From Cyanobacteriota bacterium (lineage in GTDB: Bacteria; Cyanobacteriota; Vampirovibrionia; JBFMGH01): a stretch of DNA of 48,169 nt. The notes under the pieces were generated by a model that saw only the letters and a list, made by a program, of their open reading frames with translations, was not told the DNA's origin and made no database searches. A program made the position numbers and the translations under genes. The stretch is taken from assembly GCA_040752795.1 (NCBI GenBank), contig JBFMGH010000073.1, positions 2,605 to 50,773 on the forward strand. The letters run 5' to 3'. Below are positions 38,873 to 47,699 of the stretch, one piece after another; the stretch's first letter is position 1, and each line of letters begins with the position of its first letter.

Positions 38873-40237
38873 ATGAGACATATATCAAGACAAGTTACAG
38901 TATTATTTTTAGTTGATTTAATCTTATTTTTGCTGGTTTTTGGCCTTATATTTCTTATCAGGCCTGAAACGTTCAAATATGAATTTATACTTACCTCTCT
39001 TTGTGTTGTTTTTTCGTGGCATTATGTCCTTTACCTTAAAGGTTTTTATACTATAAAAGAATATTCTATCTTTTGGAAGGATTCTTACCACATTTTGGAA
39101 GCTATATTGATAGGATCTGTTTTGCCAATGATAGTTTCTTATTTTTGGCAATCATTTTTTATCCCAAGAGGTAATATTATATTTGCTGCTGTAATGTCAT
39201 ATTTTGTTATATTGCTCTGGAGATTTCTTTTTAGCGAGTATATGAAGTCGTTTAAAAAACATAAAAATGTAATTATTATAGGTGCTGGCAGATCAGGTAC
39301 AACAATAGCTAAAGAAATAATTTCACATCCAGAACTTAATTATGACATTGTTGGCTTTGTAGACGATGATAATGAAAAAATTGGCCAAAATATTGAAGGA
39401 TTTAAGGTATTAGGACCTTGTACGGAGCTATCTAAACAAGTTAAAGAAAATGATGTAAATATATTGATTCTTGCTATTACTGGTAAACCTAAGCACCATC
39501 AAACATTATTTGCTGTAGCGGAATGCATGAAGCTGGATGTAAAGTTTTTTGATATGGTAAATCTTTATTCTTACCTTACTGGAAAAATTCCTATTAACTA
39601 TATTACAAATAGCTGGTTTATATATGAACTAGGAACGCCAAACAAACCTTTTTATGAAGCTATTAAGAGGCTATTAGATATTATAATGTCTTTGACAGTA
39701 TTAATTGTTACTAGCCCTATTATTATATTTTTAGCATTTGCCATAAAATTTCAAGATGGAGGAAATATACTTTATTCTCAGGATAGAGTTGGACGACATG
39801 GCAAAGTTTTTAAAATGCTTAAACTGAGGACTATGATTGCTAATGCTGAACGAGACGGCGCAGTTTGGGCTGCTAACAATGATGAAGATCCTCGAGTGAC
39901 AAAAATAGGTAAAATTGCAAGGAAATTAAGGTTTGATGAATTGCCACAAATGTATAATATCATTAAAGGTGACATGAGCCTTGTCGGCCCCAGGCCTGAA
40001 CGACCAGAATTTACTTGTGAATTGGAGAAGCAAATACCTTTTTACCAGAGACGTCACTGGGTAGTTCCTGGTTGGACTGGGTGGGCACAAATAATGTTTA
40101 GATATGGAGCCTCAGTTGATGATGCCCATGAAAAACTTCAATTTGACTTCTATTACATTAAGAACAGGTCAATTTTTCTTGATATTTCAATATTTATTAA
40201 AGCTGTAGGTATGGCGTTGAGTGGTAGACATGGTTAG
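38873..40237 (+). CDS. Undecaprenyl-phosphate sugar-1-phosphate transferase (WcaJ/CpsE type)
   Basis: N-terminal TMs, IIGAG Rossmann-like domain, KRLLDI, KLRTM, DPRVT, DELPQ, GDMSLVGPRPERP, GWAQI. Confidence 0.92.
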   Translation: MRHISRQVTVLFLVDLILFLLVFGLIFLIRPETFKYEFILTSLCVVFSWHYVLYLKGFYTIKEYSIFWKDSYHILEAILIGSVLPMIVSYFWQSFFIPRGNIIFAAVMSYFVILLWRFLFSEYMKSFKKHKNVIIIGAGRSGTTIAKEIISHPELNYDIVGFVDDDNEKIGQNIEGFKVLGPCTELSKQVKENDVNILILAITGKPKHHQTLFAVAECMKLDVKFFDMVNLYSYLTGKIPINYITNSWFIYELGTPNKPFYEAIKRLLDIIMSLTVLIVTSPIIIFLAFAIKFQDGGNILYSQDRVGRHGKVFKMLKLRTMIANAERDGAVWAANNDEDPRVTKIGKIARKLRFDELPQMYNIIKGDMSLVGPRPERPEFTCELEKQIPFYQRRHWVVPGWTGWAQIMFRYGASVDDAHEKLQFDFYYIKNRSIFLDISIFIKAVGMALSGRHG

Positions 40238-40305
40238 TTTGATTTTGCAATTTCAGAAACCTTTAAGGTTTTTTAACAAAATCGTAATTTTTAGACATAT
40301 TTTAT

Positions 40306-40332
40306 TCAATTCTTTTGAATTAATGTCGATAA
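40306..40332 (+). promoter_or_regulatory. Putative sigma28 (FliA)-type promoter
   Basis: TCAA-N15-GTCGATAA, close to the TAAA-N15-GCCGATAA consensus, about 65 bp upstream of the HD-GYP gene. Confidence 0.45.
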
Positions 40333-40397
40333 TAAAACATGGACCTCACTCCATATAAAATTGCTGCCCGGATATTTGGTATAAATAGGCATAGTTA

Positions 40398-41480
40398 ATG
40401 AAGGAAGGTGCTAATCAACCTATTAAACACATTGTTTTGGCCGTGGATGACGAAGTCCACGCTCTAAAGTTGTTTCAACGGTCATTTAGAAAAGAATACG
40501 ATGTAATTACTACTAGCGATCCTCAAGAAGCTATAGATATTATTATGAATAAAAAAGATGATCTGGCAGCAATTTTGTGTGATCAAATGATGCCTAAAGT
40601 TAAAGGCGTAGAAGTATTAAGGGTAGCTAGAGATCTTTCTCCTAATACTATAAGGATTATGGTAACAGCTTTTATCGACACTAATGTATTAATGGAGTGT
40701 ATTAATGATTGTGAAGCCTATTGTTATATTCTGAAACCTTGGGATGCAAGTGAATTAGGAGTTGTTTTAAAACAGGCTTTATTATTTAGAGAAAGAGATC
40801 TTAAAAATAAGCTTATTGTGAATGACCTTAGAGATTTATTATTTGGCACCATTGGAGCTATTTGTGAAGCGCTTGATGAGAAAGATAAATATGCCATTGG
40901 TCACTCAAGAAGAGTAACATCTTATTCGCTTTTAATTGGTACTGAAATGGGTTTGGGAAGAACACACTTGCAGAAGCTTCAATTAGCAGGCTTATTGCAT
41001 GATATAGGTAAAATTGGCACGCCTGAGCATATACTGAATAAACCCGGAAAGCTTACTGATGAAGAGTTTGAGGTTATTAAAAGACACCCTGATAGGGGCG
41101 CAAACATTATTAAAGAGCTGAAACAGCTTGGAGATGTTATTGATTGGGTAAAATGTCACCATGAACGCTATGATGGCAGAGGATATCCTTCTAAGCTGGC
41201 AGGTGATGAGATACCTTTGGGAGCGGCTATTCTTGCTGTGGCTGATACCTATGATGCTATGACATCTGATAGGTCTTATAGAAAAGGCTTACCGCACCAG
41301 GTAGCTTTCAATGAGATTGTTAAATGTGCTGGAACTCAGTTTAATCCTAATGTTGCTGAAGCCTTCACACGTATAGAAGGCCGATTCGAAGAGGCACTTA
41401 AGCACAAAGATAATGGTAAAGAATATACAGTCTCTCACCTCTTGACTGAGTCTAAAGGTTTAGTTGAAAAAATGTCATAG
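40398..41480 (+). CDS. Response regulator with HD-GYP cyclic-dinucleotide phosphodiesterase domain
   Basis: REC (VDD, CDQMMP, TA, KP) plus GHSRRV, LLHDIGK, HHERYDGRGYP, AVADTYDAMTSDRSY. Confidence 0.92.
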   Translation: MKEGANQPIKHIVLAVDDEVHALKLFQRSFRKEYDVITTSDPQEAIDIIMNKKDDLAAILCDQMMPKVKGVEVLRVARDLSPNTIRIMVTAFIDTNVLMECINDCEAYCYILKPWDASELGVVLKQALLFRERDLKNKLIVNDLRDLLFGTIGAICEALDEKDKYAIGHSRRVTSYSLLIGTEMGLGRTHLQKLQLAGLLHDIGKIGTPEHILNKPGKLTDEEFEVIKRHPDRGANIIKELKQLGDVIDWVKCHHERYDGRGYPSKLAGDEIPLGAAILAVADTYDAMTSDRSYRKGLPHQVAFNEIVKCAGTQFNPNVAEAFTRIEGRFEEALKHKDNGKEYTVSHLLTESKGLVEKMS

Positions 41481-41485
41481 ATTAG

Positions 41486-42484
41486 TTAATCTTTGTATCC
41501 TTCTGGGTTTGATTTGTGCCATTCCCAGGCAGATTTTAGCATGCTTTTTAATTCATGTTCAGGTTTCCAGCCCAAAACAGATTGAATTTTTTCTGTGTCT
41601 GCTATTAACCTTGGAGCATCCCCAGGGCGTGGATCTGCTATAATTCTTGATATAGGCCTGCCGGATGCTTCTTCTGCTGCTTTAACAACTTCCTCCACAC
41701 TGTATCCTGATCCGCTTCCTATATTGAAAGCTTCATTTGTAATACTACTTTCTAATATTGCTTTTAGGGCAAGAATATGTGCTCTGGCCAGGTCTTCAAC
41801 ATGTATATAATCTCGTATTGCTGTGCCATCATGGGTGTTATATTTATCACCAAATATTTTTAATGTACTTTGACCACCAAGTATTGTTTTATAAATGTTA
41901 GGTATAAGATGTGTTTCAGGATTGTGGTCTTCCCCCAAATTTTTATAGGAGCCACATGCATTAAAATATCTTAAACAAGAATATTTTAACTTGTATGCAT
42001 TATAATAATATTTCAAAAATTGTTCTACTTGAAGTTTGCTGAATCCATAAGGGTTGATAGGAATAGTTGGACTTGATTCATTAATAGGAATGGTTTTTGG
42101 GTCTCCATATACAGCAGCTGTTGATGAGAGAATAAAGCCTTCTTTTTTATGTTTATTGGCAAGATCTATTACATTTAAGCTTCCTAAAACATTATTATAG
42201 AAATATTTGTCAGGTAAAACTACTGATTCTCCTACTTCAATGCTTGCTGCAAAATGCATTATCGCACTTATTTGAGGGTTTTCTTCAAAAACTTCATTAA
42301 GAGCTTCTTTATTTAACGTAGAGCAATGATAAAATTTAGCTTCATTTTGTATAGCTTGCTTATGTCCTTTTGTAAGATTATCAACGATTATTACCTGAAA
42401 ATTTTCTTCTATGAGGATTTTTGATACCACTGATCCTATATAGCCAGCTCCTCCAGTTACGAGTATACTTGTTTTATTTCCCAT
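41486..42484 (-). CDS. galE: UDP-glucose 4-epimerase
   Basis: VTGGAGYIGS, HFAASIEVGES, SSTAAVYG, YGFSK, LRYFNA, PETHLIP, DGTAIRDYIHV. Confidence 0.95.
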   Translation of the reverse strand: MGNKTSILVTGGAGYIGSVVSKILIEENFQVIIVDNLTKGHKQAIQNEAKFYHCSTLNKEALNEVFEENPQISAIMHFAASIEVGESVVLPDKYFYNNVLGSLNVIDLANKHKKEGFILSSTAAVYGDPKTIPINESSPTIPINPYGFSKLQVEQFLKYYYNAYKLKYSCLRYFNACGSYKNLGEDHNPETHLIPNIYKTILGGQSTLKIFGDKYNTHDGTAIRDYIHVEDLARAHILALKAILESSITNEAFNIGSGSGYSVEEVVKAAEEASGRPISRIIADPRPGDAPRLIADTEKIQSVLGWKPEHELKSMLKSAWEWHKSNPEGYKD

Positions 42485-42583
42485 AACATTACCTCCGAAT
42501 TACGGGCAGAAGCAAATAAAATACTTTAAACACCTGTGTGTATGCTAGTACAAATCTTTTTTTATCGCAATACAGGCTTCATG

Positions 42584-43039
42584 TTAAAAACAATTTATAA
42601 CCTTTATATCTTTAGCTATATATATAAGGGCTTTTCGTAATCTTCTATAAACTGTGCTTTTATGACATGTAAAATCCTTTACAGGCATTCCCCAGAGTAT
42701 GAATAATGATTTATATAGTTTTTCTTCTTCTTGTTTAAGTTTTTCTATAGTATTAGATATTTTGTTAAATGTTATACCTTCATCTATGTTGTTATCAATT
42801 AGTTTTAAAAACTTATTTGAATAGCCATTTATTACTACGCCATGCTTAAATCTATTATGTTCTACTATTTTAAAAGGATATGATATTTGATAAGCTTCTT
42901 TAAAACAGAATCCTTCTGAAATATATAGCTCTAACGATTTTAGAATGAGGCTATTTATCTTTTTAAAACAGCTATTACAATAGGTATTATTGTTTTTAAT
43001 TTTGTTATTACAATTACTATTTAAGCAATTATATTTCAT
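42584..43039 (-). CDS. Zn-ribbon (Cx4C-x10-CxxC) protein with C-terminal HTH-like helix
   Basis: MKYNCLNSNC...YCNSC; C-terminal HKSTVYRRLRKALIYI; overlaps the upstream sigma-like gene by 11 nt. Confidence 0.65.
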   Translation of the reverse strand: MKYNCLNSNCNNKIKNNNTYCNSCFKKINSLILKSLELYISEGFCFKEAYQISYPFKIVEHNRFKHGVVINGYSNKFLKLIDNNIDEGITFNKISNTIEKLKQEEEKLYKSLFILWGMPVKDFTCHKSTVYRRLRKALIYIAKDIKVINCF

Positions 43040-43583
43040 TGTTACTTTCCGTTAGTTCGTAATAACTTTTTGTCTTTTGAGTAAAGATTTCTATGCATCT
43101 TACCACTTGATTTTCTTCTATATTTAGTTTATTTGCTATATATTTATAGCCAGGATAACTGTAATTATTTTCTAAAAGATAAGTATCTTCTATTTCTTTT
43201 ATTTTATTGAATGTTTCTTTAAGCTTTTTTGGTATCTTAACGCAGTGAAAATTGTTTATTATATATTTTGTGATTTGGCTTTTAATGCTGTACAAAGCAT
43301 ATGTTCTAAACAATACATTTTTATTGCTCTTATATGTGTTTATTGCTTTTAGCAATCCTATACAAGATTCTTGAAATAAGTCATCTTCATCGTATCGGTA
43401 GTTAGTTTTGCATGGTGTAATTATATCAAATAATAATTTTGCATTGTGATATACTATTTTTTCCAATGCTTCAGAATCTCCTGATTGTGCCTTTTGAATA
43501 ATAATAAGTTCTTCATCTTTTTCTAAATATGGAATATTCTTTAAATTTTTATATAATCCAATATTGAAACGGTGGTTACTCAT
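43029..43583 (-). CDS. Sigma70-like protein with regions 1.2, 2 and 3 only (no region 4)
   Basis: LEKDEELIIIQKAQSGDSEALEKIVYHN, DDLFQESCIGLLKAI, FRTYA, VKIP, IANKLNI; strong SD AAGGAG. Confidence 0.78.
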   Translation of the reverse strand: MSNHRFNIGLYKNLKNIPYLEKDEELIIIQKAQSGDSEALEKIVYHNAKLLFDIITPCKTNYRYDEDDLFQESCIGLLKAINTYKSNKNVLFRTYALYSIKSQITKYIINNFHCVKIPKKLKETFNKIKEIEDTYLLENNYSYPGYKYIANKLNIEENQVVRCIEIFTQKTKSYYELTESNNEI

Positions 43584-43619
43584 ATTGGTACTCCTTATAA
43601 GGTTAACTAGAGGGATTTA

Positions 43620-43781
43620 TTATTTATTTTTCTGTTCTTTCAATTTTATTTTTAGTAAAAGGTCTTCAATTGAGCAGATTTGATTTTTAAGTTCACAAAG
43701 TTGTAACGAAATTAAATTAATTTGTTTATCTAAAGATTTATCAATTTCGCCTATAATATAGCCTAAATCGTCATATTCCAT
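43620..43781 (-). CDS. Unannotated 53-aa coiled-coil-like small protein (MEYDDLGYIIGEIDKSLDKQINLISLQLCELKNQICSIEDLLLKIKLKEQKNK)
   Basis: Translated by hand; SD AAAGGTG upstream; heptad-like leucines; same strand as the sigma-like gene. Confidence 0.6.
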   Translation of the reverse strand: MEYDDLGYIIGEIDKSLDKQINLISLQLCELKNQICSIEDLLLKIKLKEQKNK

Positions 43782-43848
43782 GATTAATACACCTTTCATT
43801 GACTTTATAAGCAGAAGTAAATAACTTTAAAGGCTTAATAATAGCTCT

Positions 43849-43966
43849 TTAAAGCTTGAAATAATCTTTGCAGTATGCTTTAATAGTAGTAATTAAAATA
43901 ATCAATATATCTATTTTTTGAATCGCTCTATATTTAGGGCGGTTCTAATTTTATAAATTGTTTCAT
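43849..43966 (-). other. Mini-ORF MKQFIKLEPP* (43934-43966) with an open +1 frame to 43849 (programmed frameshift or 1-bp-insertion pseudogene)
   Basis: Perfect SD AAGGAGG 7 nt before ATG; ends CCG CCC TAA; +1 frame reads KYRAIQKIDILIILITTIKAYCKDYFKL*. Confidence 0.5.
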
Positions 43967-44094
43967 ACAAAAACCTCCTTTCAATTTTTATTATTTAAAT
44001 TTGTATAATCGTTATTGTCAGAGGAAAAAAGAGTTTATAATGCTTGTAATCCTGTCATAGTCAAAATACTACAATAATAATAGTATATACCTCC

Positions 44095-44123
44095 ATTATA
44101 TACATATTTTGTTTATTTGAGAA
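44095..44123 (-). promoter_or_regulatory. Putative sigma70 promoter of the AT-rich operon
   Basis: TTCTCA-N17-TATAAT on the minus strand. Confidence 0.55.
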
Positions 44124-44299
44124 GTCTTTTAGCCAAAAACCGAAAATATATAAGCTATTTTAATATTTAATATACCCCATAGTGGTAGGAAAAGACCAAT
44201 TCAATTTGTCATATATGTTGATATAGTTGCTTATAGTAAAATAATACTTTTGTGAATTAGTAATAATTGCTTTAATGTTGATATTAAATTATTAAAGCT

Positions 44300-47170
44300 T
44301 TATTCTGTATCATCTTCTTCAAGATCAGGGTCTTTTAATCTTGATTTTAGAGAGCTTTTTCTTGTTTTATCTATACCTGGTTTAGTAGCACCTCTGGAGC
44401 TTTCAGTAATTAAGTCGGTAACGCTATCCAGGGCTTTATAAACATTTCTAATCATACTATTAATTTTATTAATACGACGATCCATATCTTTTAAGGTCAT
44501 TTGTAGATCCATTTCCAGGTCTTCAAGTTTTTTAGAGATTTTCTCATTAGTTTCTTTTGATTCGGTGGAAGACTCACCTATTTGAGAAAGTAGGTGTTCG
44601 AAAATAGATCTAACTTCATCGTCAATTTTGGATTCTTTTCTTACTTGTTCTACTTTAGTTTCAAGTTTTGAAATATCCTGTGATACTGATTGGCTGAGGG
44701 AATTAATTCTATTATTTAAGTGTTCTGCAAGGTGTGTATTTGATTTTTGAATGTTTACCTGGAAGTTTTCAAGGTTTTGATTCAAGGTGCTTACTGTATT
44801 TTGTGTTGTAGAGTCGACATCTAATATAGATTGTATCTTCTGATTTATTTCAGGGCTTAATCCGGTTGTTTGTTTCTCTGTAATAAGTTCAATTTTATCA
44901 TATATTGTAGCTATTTCAGCACCTATAGATCGCTGTAAATTTTCTAATTGCATATTAAATACTGATTCAAGTTGTATGACCATGTCATCAACCACTTCTT
45001 TAATACGGTTAGACCTTTGTTCGGTTTGTTGTATTTCTGTGAATAATTGGTTTCTGAATGTTTCAAGTAATTTTGGTATATTAGATAATTCACTAATTTT
45101 TTCAAGTTGTGCAGAATTTTTGCTGAGAACTTTCAGGCTTTCGCCTGTCTTTTCAAGCATCTCTTCGAGGTTAGACATTCTGGAATGGTTTTTTTCTAGC
45201 TCAATTTGTAATCTGAATTCAAAATCATAAAATGCTTCGTAAATTTGACTCTCTGCGCTTTCGTCCTGATTTAGTTCTATTAATGTTCCTACAGTGTTGT
45301 TTATGTTATTTACAGTATCGTTTATGGCATAAATTTTTGAACTTATTTCTGATGTAGTGGTATCAAGTTTTTCATTCAGAGCGTTATTTAAGGTTTCAAC
45401 TTTGTTATTTGTATCTCCCTGGTTATTTTCAAGTATGACACTAAATCCTTCAATTATTGTGGCTAGATCATCAAGTTTTTTATCAGCTTTATCCTGATCT
45501 TCTCTTATGTTTGATTCTAAATTGGCAAGCATATGATGTGTATTATTGGTTAATTCAGTGAAATCGATTTCTGATTTGTTTCTAGATTCAGATTCAAGAA
45601 TTGAGACGATTGATTCAAGGTTAGTGGATAGTTCCATAACTTTAGTCTCAATACTTTCCTGATCATTTCTTACAGAATCGGCTAGTTCTCCAAGAAGTGA
45701 ATCCATTTGATCTAAAGGATCAGTCTGGGCTATTATATCAAGTTTAGACTCTATTCTGGAAAAAATACTTCTTGTTGCTGCTGATAGATCTTCTATTTTA
45801 TGTGTAACCATTTCACTGGAATGTTTTTCTTTGAAAGATTTTTTAAGCTCTTCTATAGTATTTCGTTGAACTTTTTGTTCCATCTCTATATTTTCAAGTT
45901 TCTTAGAGATGTCATTTAGTGTATTTAGAAGAATATTCATTTGATCAGAGCTAATAGAGGGTGCTTGTTTTTCTACATGCACTTCTTGTTTTGGCTCGGG
46001 TTCAGGAGTAAAACCTGGAACTTTAGATTGGAGCTGTGTTGTGTCGGGCGAAGCACTTTGATGATGTGAAGCAGCCCCCACTAAATCAGGGTTTGGTGCC
46101 AGGCCAGCACCTCCCACTCCTATAGGGAATTCTTGTTGTTGAATACTTCCAAGACCATCAAGCTTTCCTAGTTTAGAACCTCCTAAACTTGTTGTAAAGG
46201 GATCATCTCCAAGCTCTTCGAGTTTTTCAGGTAGTTCCATTAAACCGGGTTCTTCATCAAAGGCCAATCCTGGCTCTGATTGAGAATAGTCTTCTGAATA
46301 ATCTGAATCATCCATAGGTGAGTCTTCAAACTGACTCATATCAATTTGATCAAAACTGGGTAAATCTTCAAAATCTTCTGTTTCAGAATCAAAATGAGAT
46401 TCAAATTCTGTTGTGGAACCACTTATTGGTACCTTACTACTTGGTCCCTTGCTTCCAGGGAAATCCAAAAATTCGTATTCTTGTTCTCCTTCTGCAGATA
46501 CACCGGGGCCAAAGTCAGCATTAAGGCTACTTTCTTGCTCAAGTTGATTTGTAAATTGTTCAAAGCTAGGTAGCCCAGTGCTACCACCAGTTTCAGGTAC
46601 AAAGTTTTCTGGCAAATTGCTATTTTCTGGCCATAATGTTGTTTCGTTATAGGTACATGTGTCTAAATTCAAAGCATTAGAAAGGTTTGATGAAGTAAAA
46701 TCGGTACCATTTAATATGGCTTTTTTAAAATTAACACCATTAAGATCAAGGTTAGATAAATTAGCATTTGTTAAGTCAGCGTTAGCAAAATTGACTTCAC
46801 GAACCTTTGCTCCCTCTAATATTAAATTATGAGCAATAACAGATGTCATATTGGCGCCATATAAAATCGTATTATTTAGGTCTGCACCACTAATAATAGA
46901 GTTTGACAGGTCGGTTTCAGTCATATCTGCTCTACCAACCGTTAAATCTGATAAATTTGAGTTTTTTAAAATTGCTGAATGAAGGTAAGCAAAGTTCAAT
47001 TCAGCATCTTTAAGTATAACATTTTCTAAATTTGCTCGGCATAAATTAGTACCAGTTAAGTCTGCGCCGGTTAGATCTAACTGTTCTAATTTTGTTTCCT
47101 CCCTGTAGCTGTTAAAGGATTTAATATTAGATTTTAATATCCTAACAAGTTCTTCTTTAGATTTAGCCAC
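44300..47170 (-). CDS. Large protein: N-terminal pentapeptide repeats, acidic low-complexity linker, long coiled-coil C-terminus
   Basis: A(D/N)LxX repeats over about residues 30-170; D/E/S/P/G-rich middle; heptad-rich C-terminal ~550 aa. Confidence 0.85.
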   Translation of the reverse strand: MAKSKEELVRILKSNIKSFNSYREETKLEQLDLTGADLTGTNLCRANLENVILKDAELNFAYLHSAILKNSNLSDLTVGRADMTETDLSNSIISGADLNNTILYGANMTSVIAHNLILEGAKVREVNFANADLTNANLSNLDLNGVNFKKAILNGTDFTSSNLSNALNLDTCTYNETTLWPENSNLPENFVPETGGSTGLPSFEQFTNQLEQESSLNADFGPGVSAEGEQEYEFLDFPGSKGPSSKVPISGSTTEFESHFDSETEDFEDLPSFDQIDMSQFEDSPMDDSDYSEDYSQSEPGLAFDEEPGLMELPEKLEELGDDPFTTSLGGSKLGKLDGLGSIQQQEFPIGVGGAGLAPNPDLVGAASHHQSASPDTTQLQSKVPGFTPEPEPKQEVHVEKQAPSISSDQMNILLNTLNDISKKLENIEMEQKVQRNTIEELKKSFKEKHSSEMVTHKIEDLSAATRSIFSRIESKLDIIAQTDPLDQMDSLLGELADSVRNDQESIETKVMELSTNLESIVSILESESRNKSEIDFTELTNNTHHMLANLESNIREDQDKADKKLDDLATIIEGFSVILENNQGDTNNKVETLNNALNEKLDTTTSEISSKIYAINDTVNNINNTVGTLIELNQDESAESQIYEAFYDFEFRLQIELEKNHSRMSNLEEMLEKTGESLKVLSKNSAQLEKISELSNIPKLLETFRNQLFTEIQQTEQRSNRIKEVVDDMVIQLESVFNMQLENLQRSIGAEIATIYDKIELITEKQTTGLSPEINQKIQSILDVDSTTQNTVSTLNQNLENFQVNIQKSNTHLAEHLNNRINSLSQSVSQDISKLETKVEQVRKESKIDDEVRSIFEHLLSQIGESSTESKETNEKISKKLEDLEMDLQMTLKDMDRRINKINSMIRNVYKALDSVTDLITESSRGATKPGIDKTRKSSLKSRLKDPDLEEDDTE

Positions 47171-47699
47171 AGTGTGCTTACCTTTTTCTATCGATAGACA
47201 GGCTTATATTGCAAAATTTTAGTTCACACTTATAATATTACAACAAAAGGCCATACTGATCTATTTTGTTAAGGAATTTGGTAATATTTTACCTCTTAAA
47301 AATATTAGTATTTAGCTTTTTAGCTGTAATTTTACTTTGTTATACTAATATTTTTAATATTATATTAAAAGTATAAATGAGCTATTTTAAAGAAAGACCT
47401 CTTTGTAACTGTCCTTTTAAACCCGGTAGTTTTCCCTGTTTACGGAGTTATTTTGAATATTGATGTAGTTATACATAATTCCTGGAGTATTTGTAAATAC
47501 AAAACCATCTAATTATTAAATTAGCTATTTTATTTGTCTTAATAATGGTTAATTATTTGTAAATATATTGAATGACTTTTTCAAAAATCTGTAACAAAAG
47601 AAGTTTATTTCTTAGGTGTTTAAACGTATATAAACATAGATTTAGATTAAGCTTTTATAGCTCAAAAATAATTTGATTTAATAACTGATTGTAACTTTA

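Noticed and set aside
42500-44300. Intact prophage or IS with att sites or terminal repeats
   Set aside because: No integrase, transposase, structural genes or flanking direct repeats found by eye
697-46524. Numerous 60-130 aa ORFs antisense to or nested in well-supported genes (for example 2520-2822, 7312-7707, 22798-23100, 35187-35597, 46318-46524)
   Set aside because: Shadow ORFs of real genes with no SD or domain motifs
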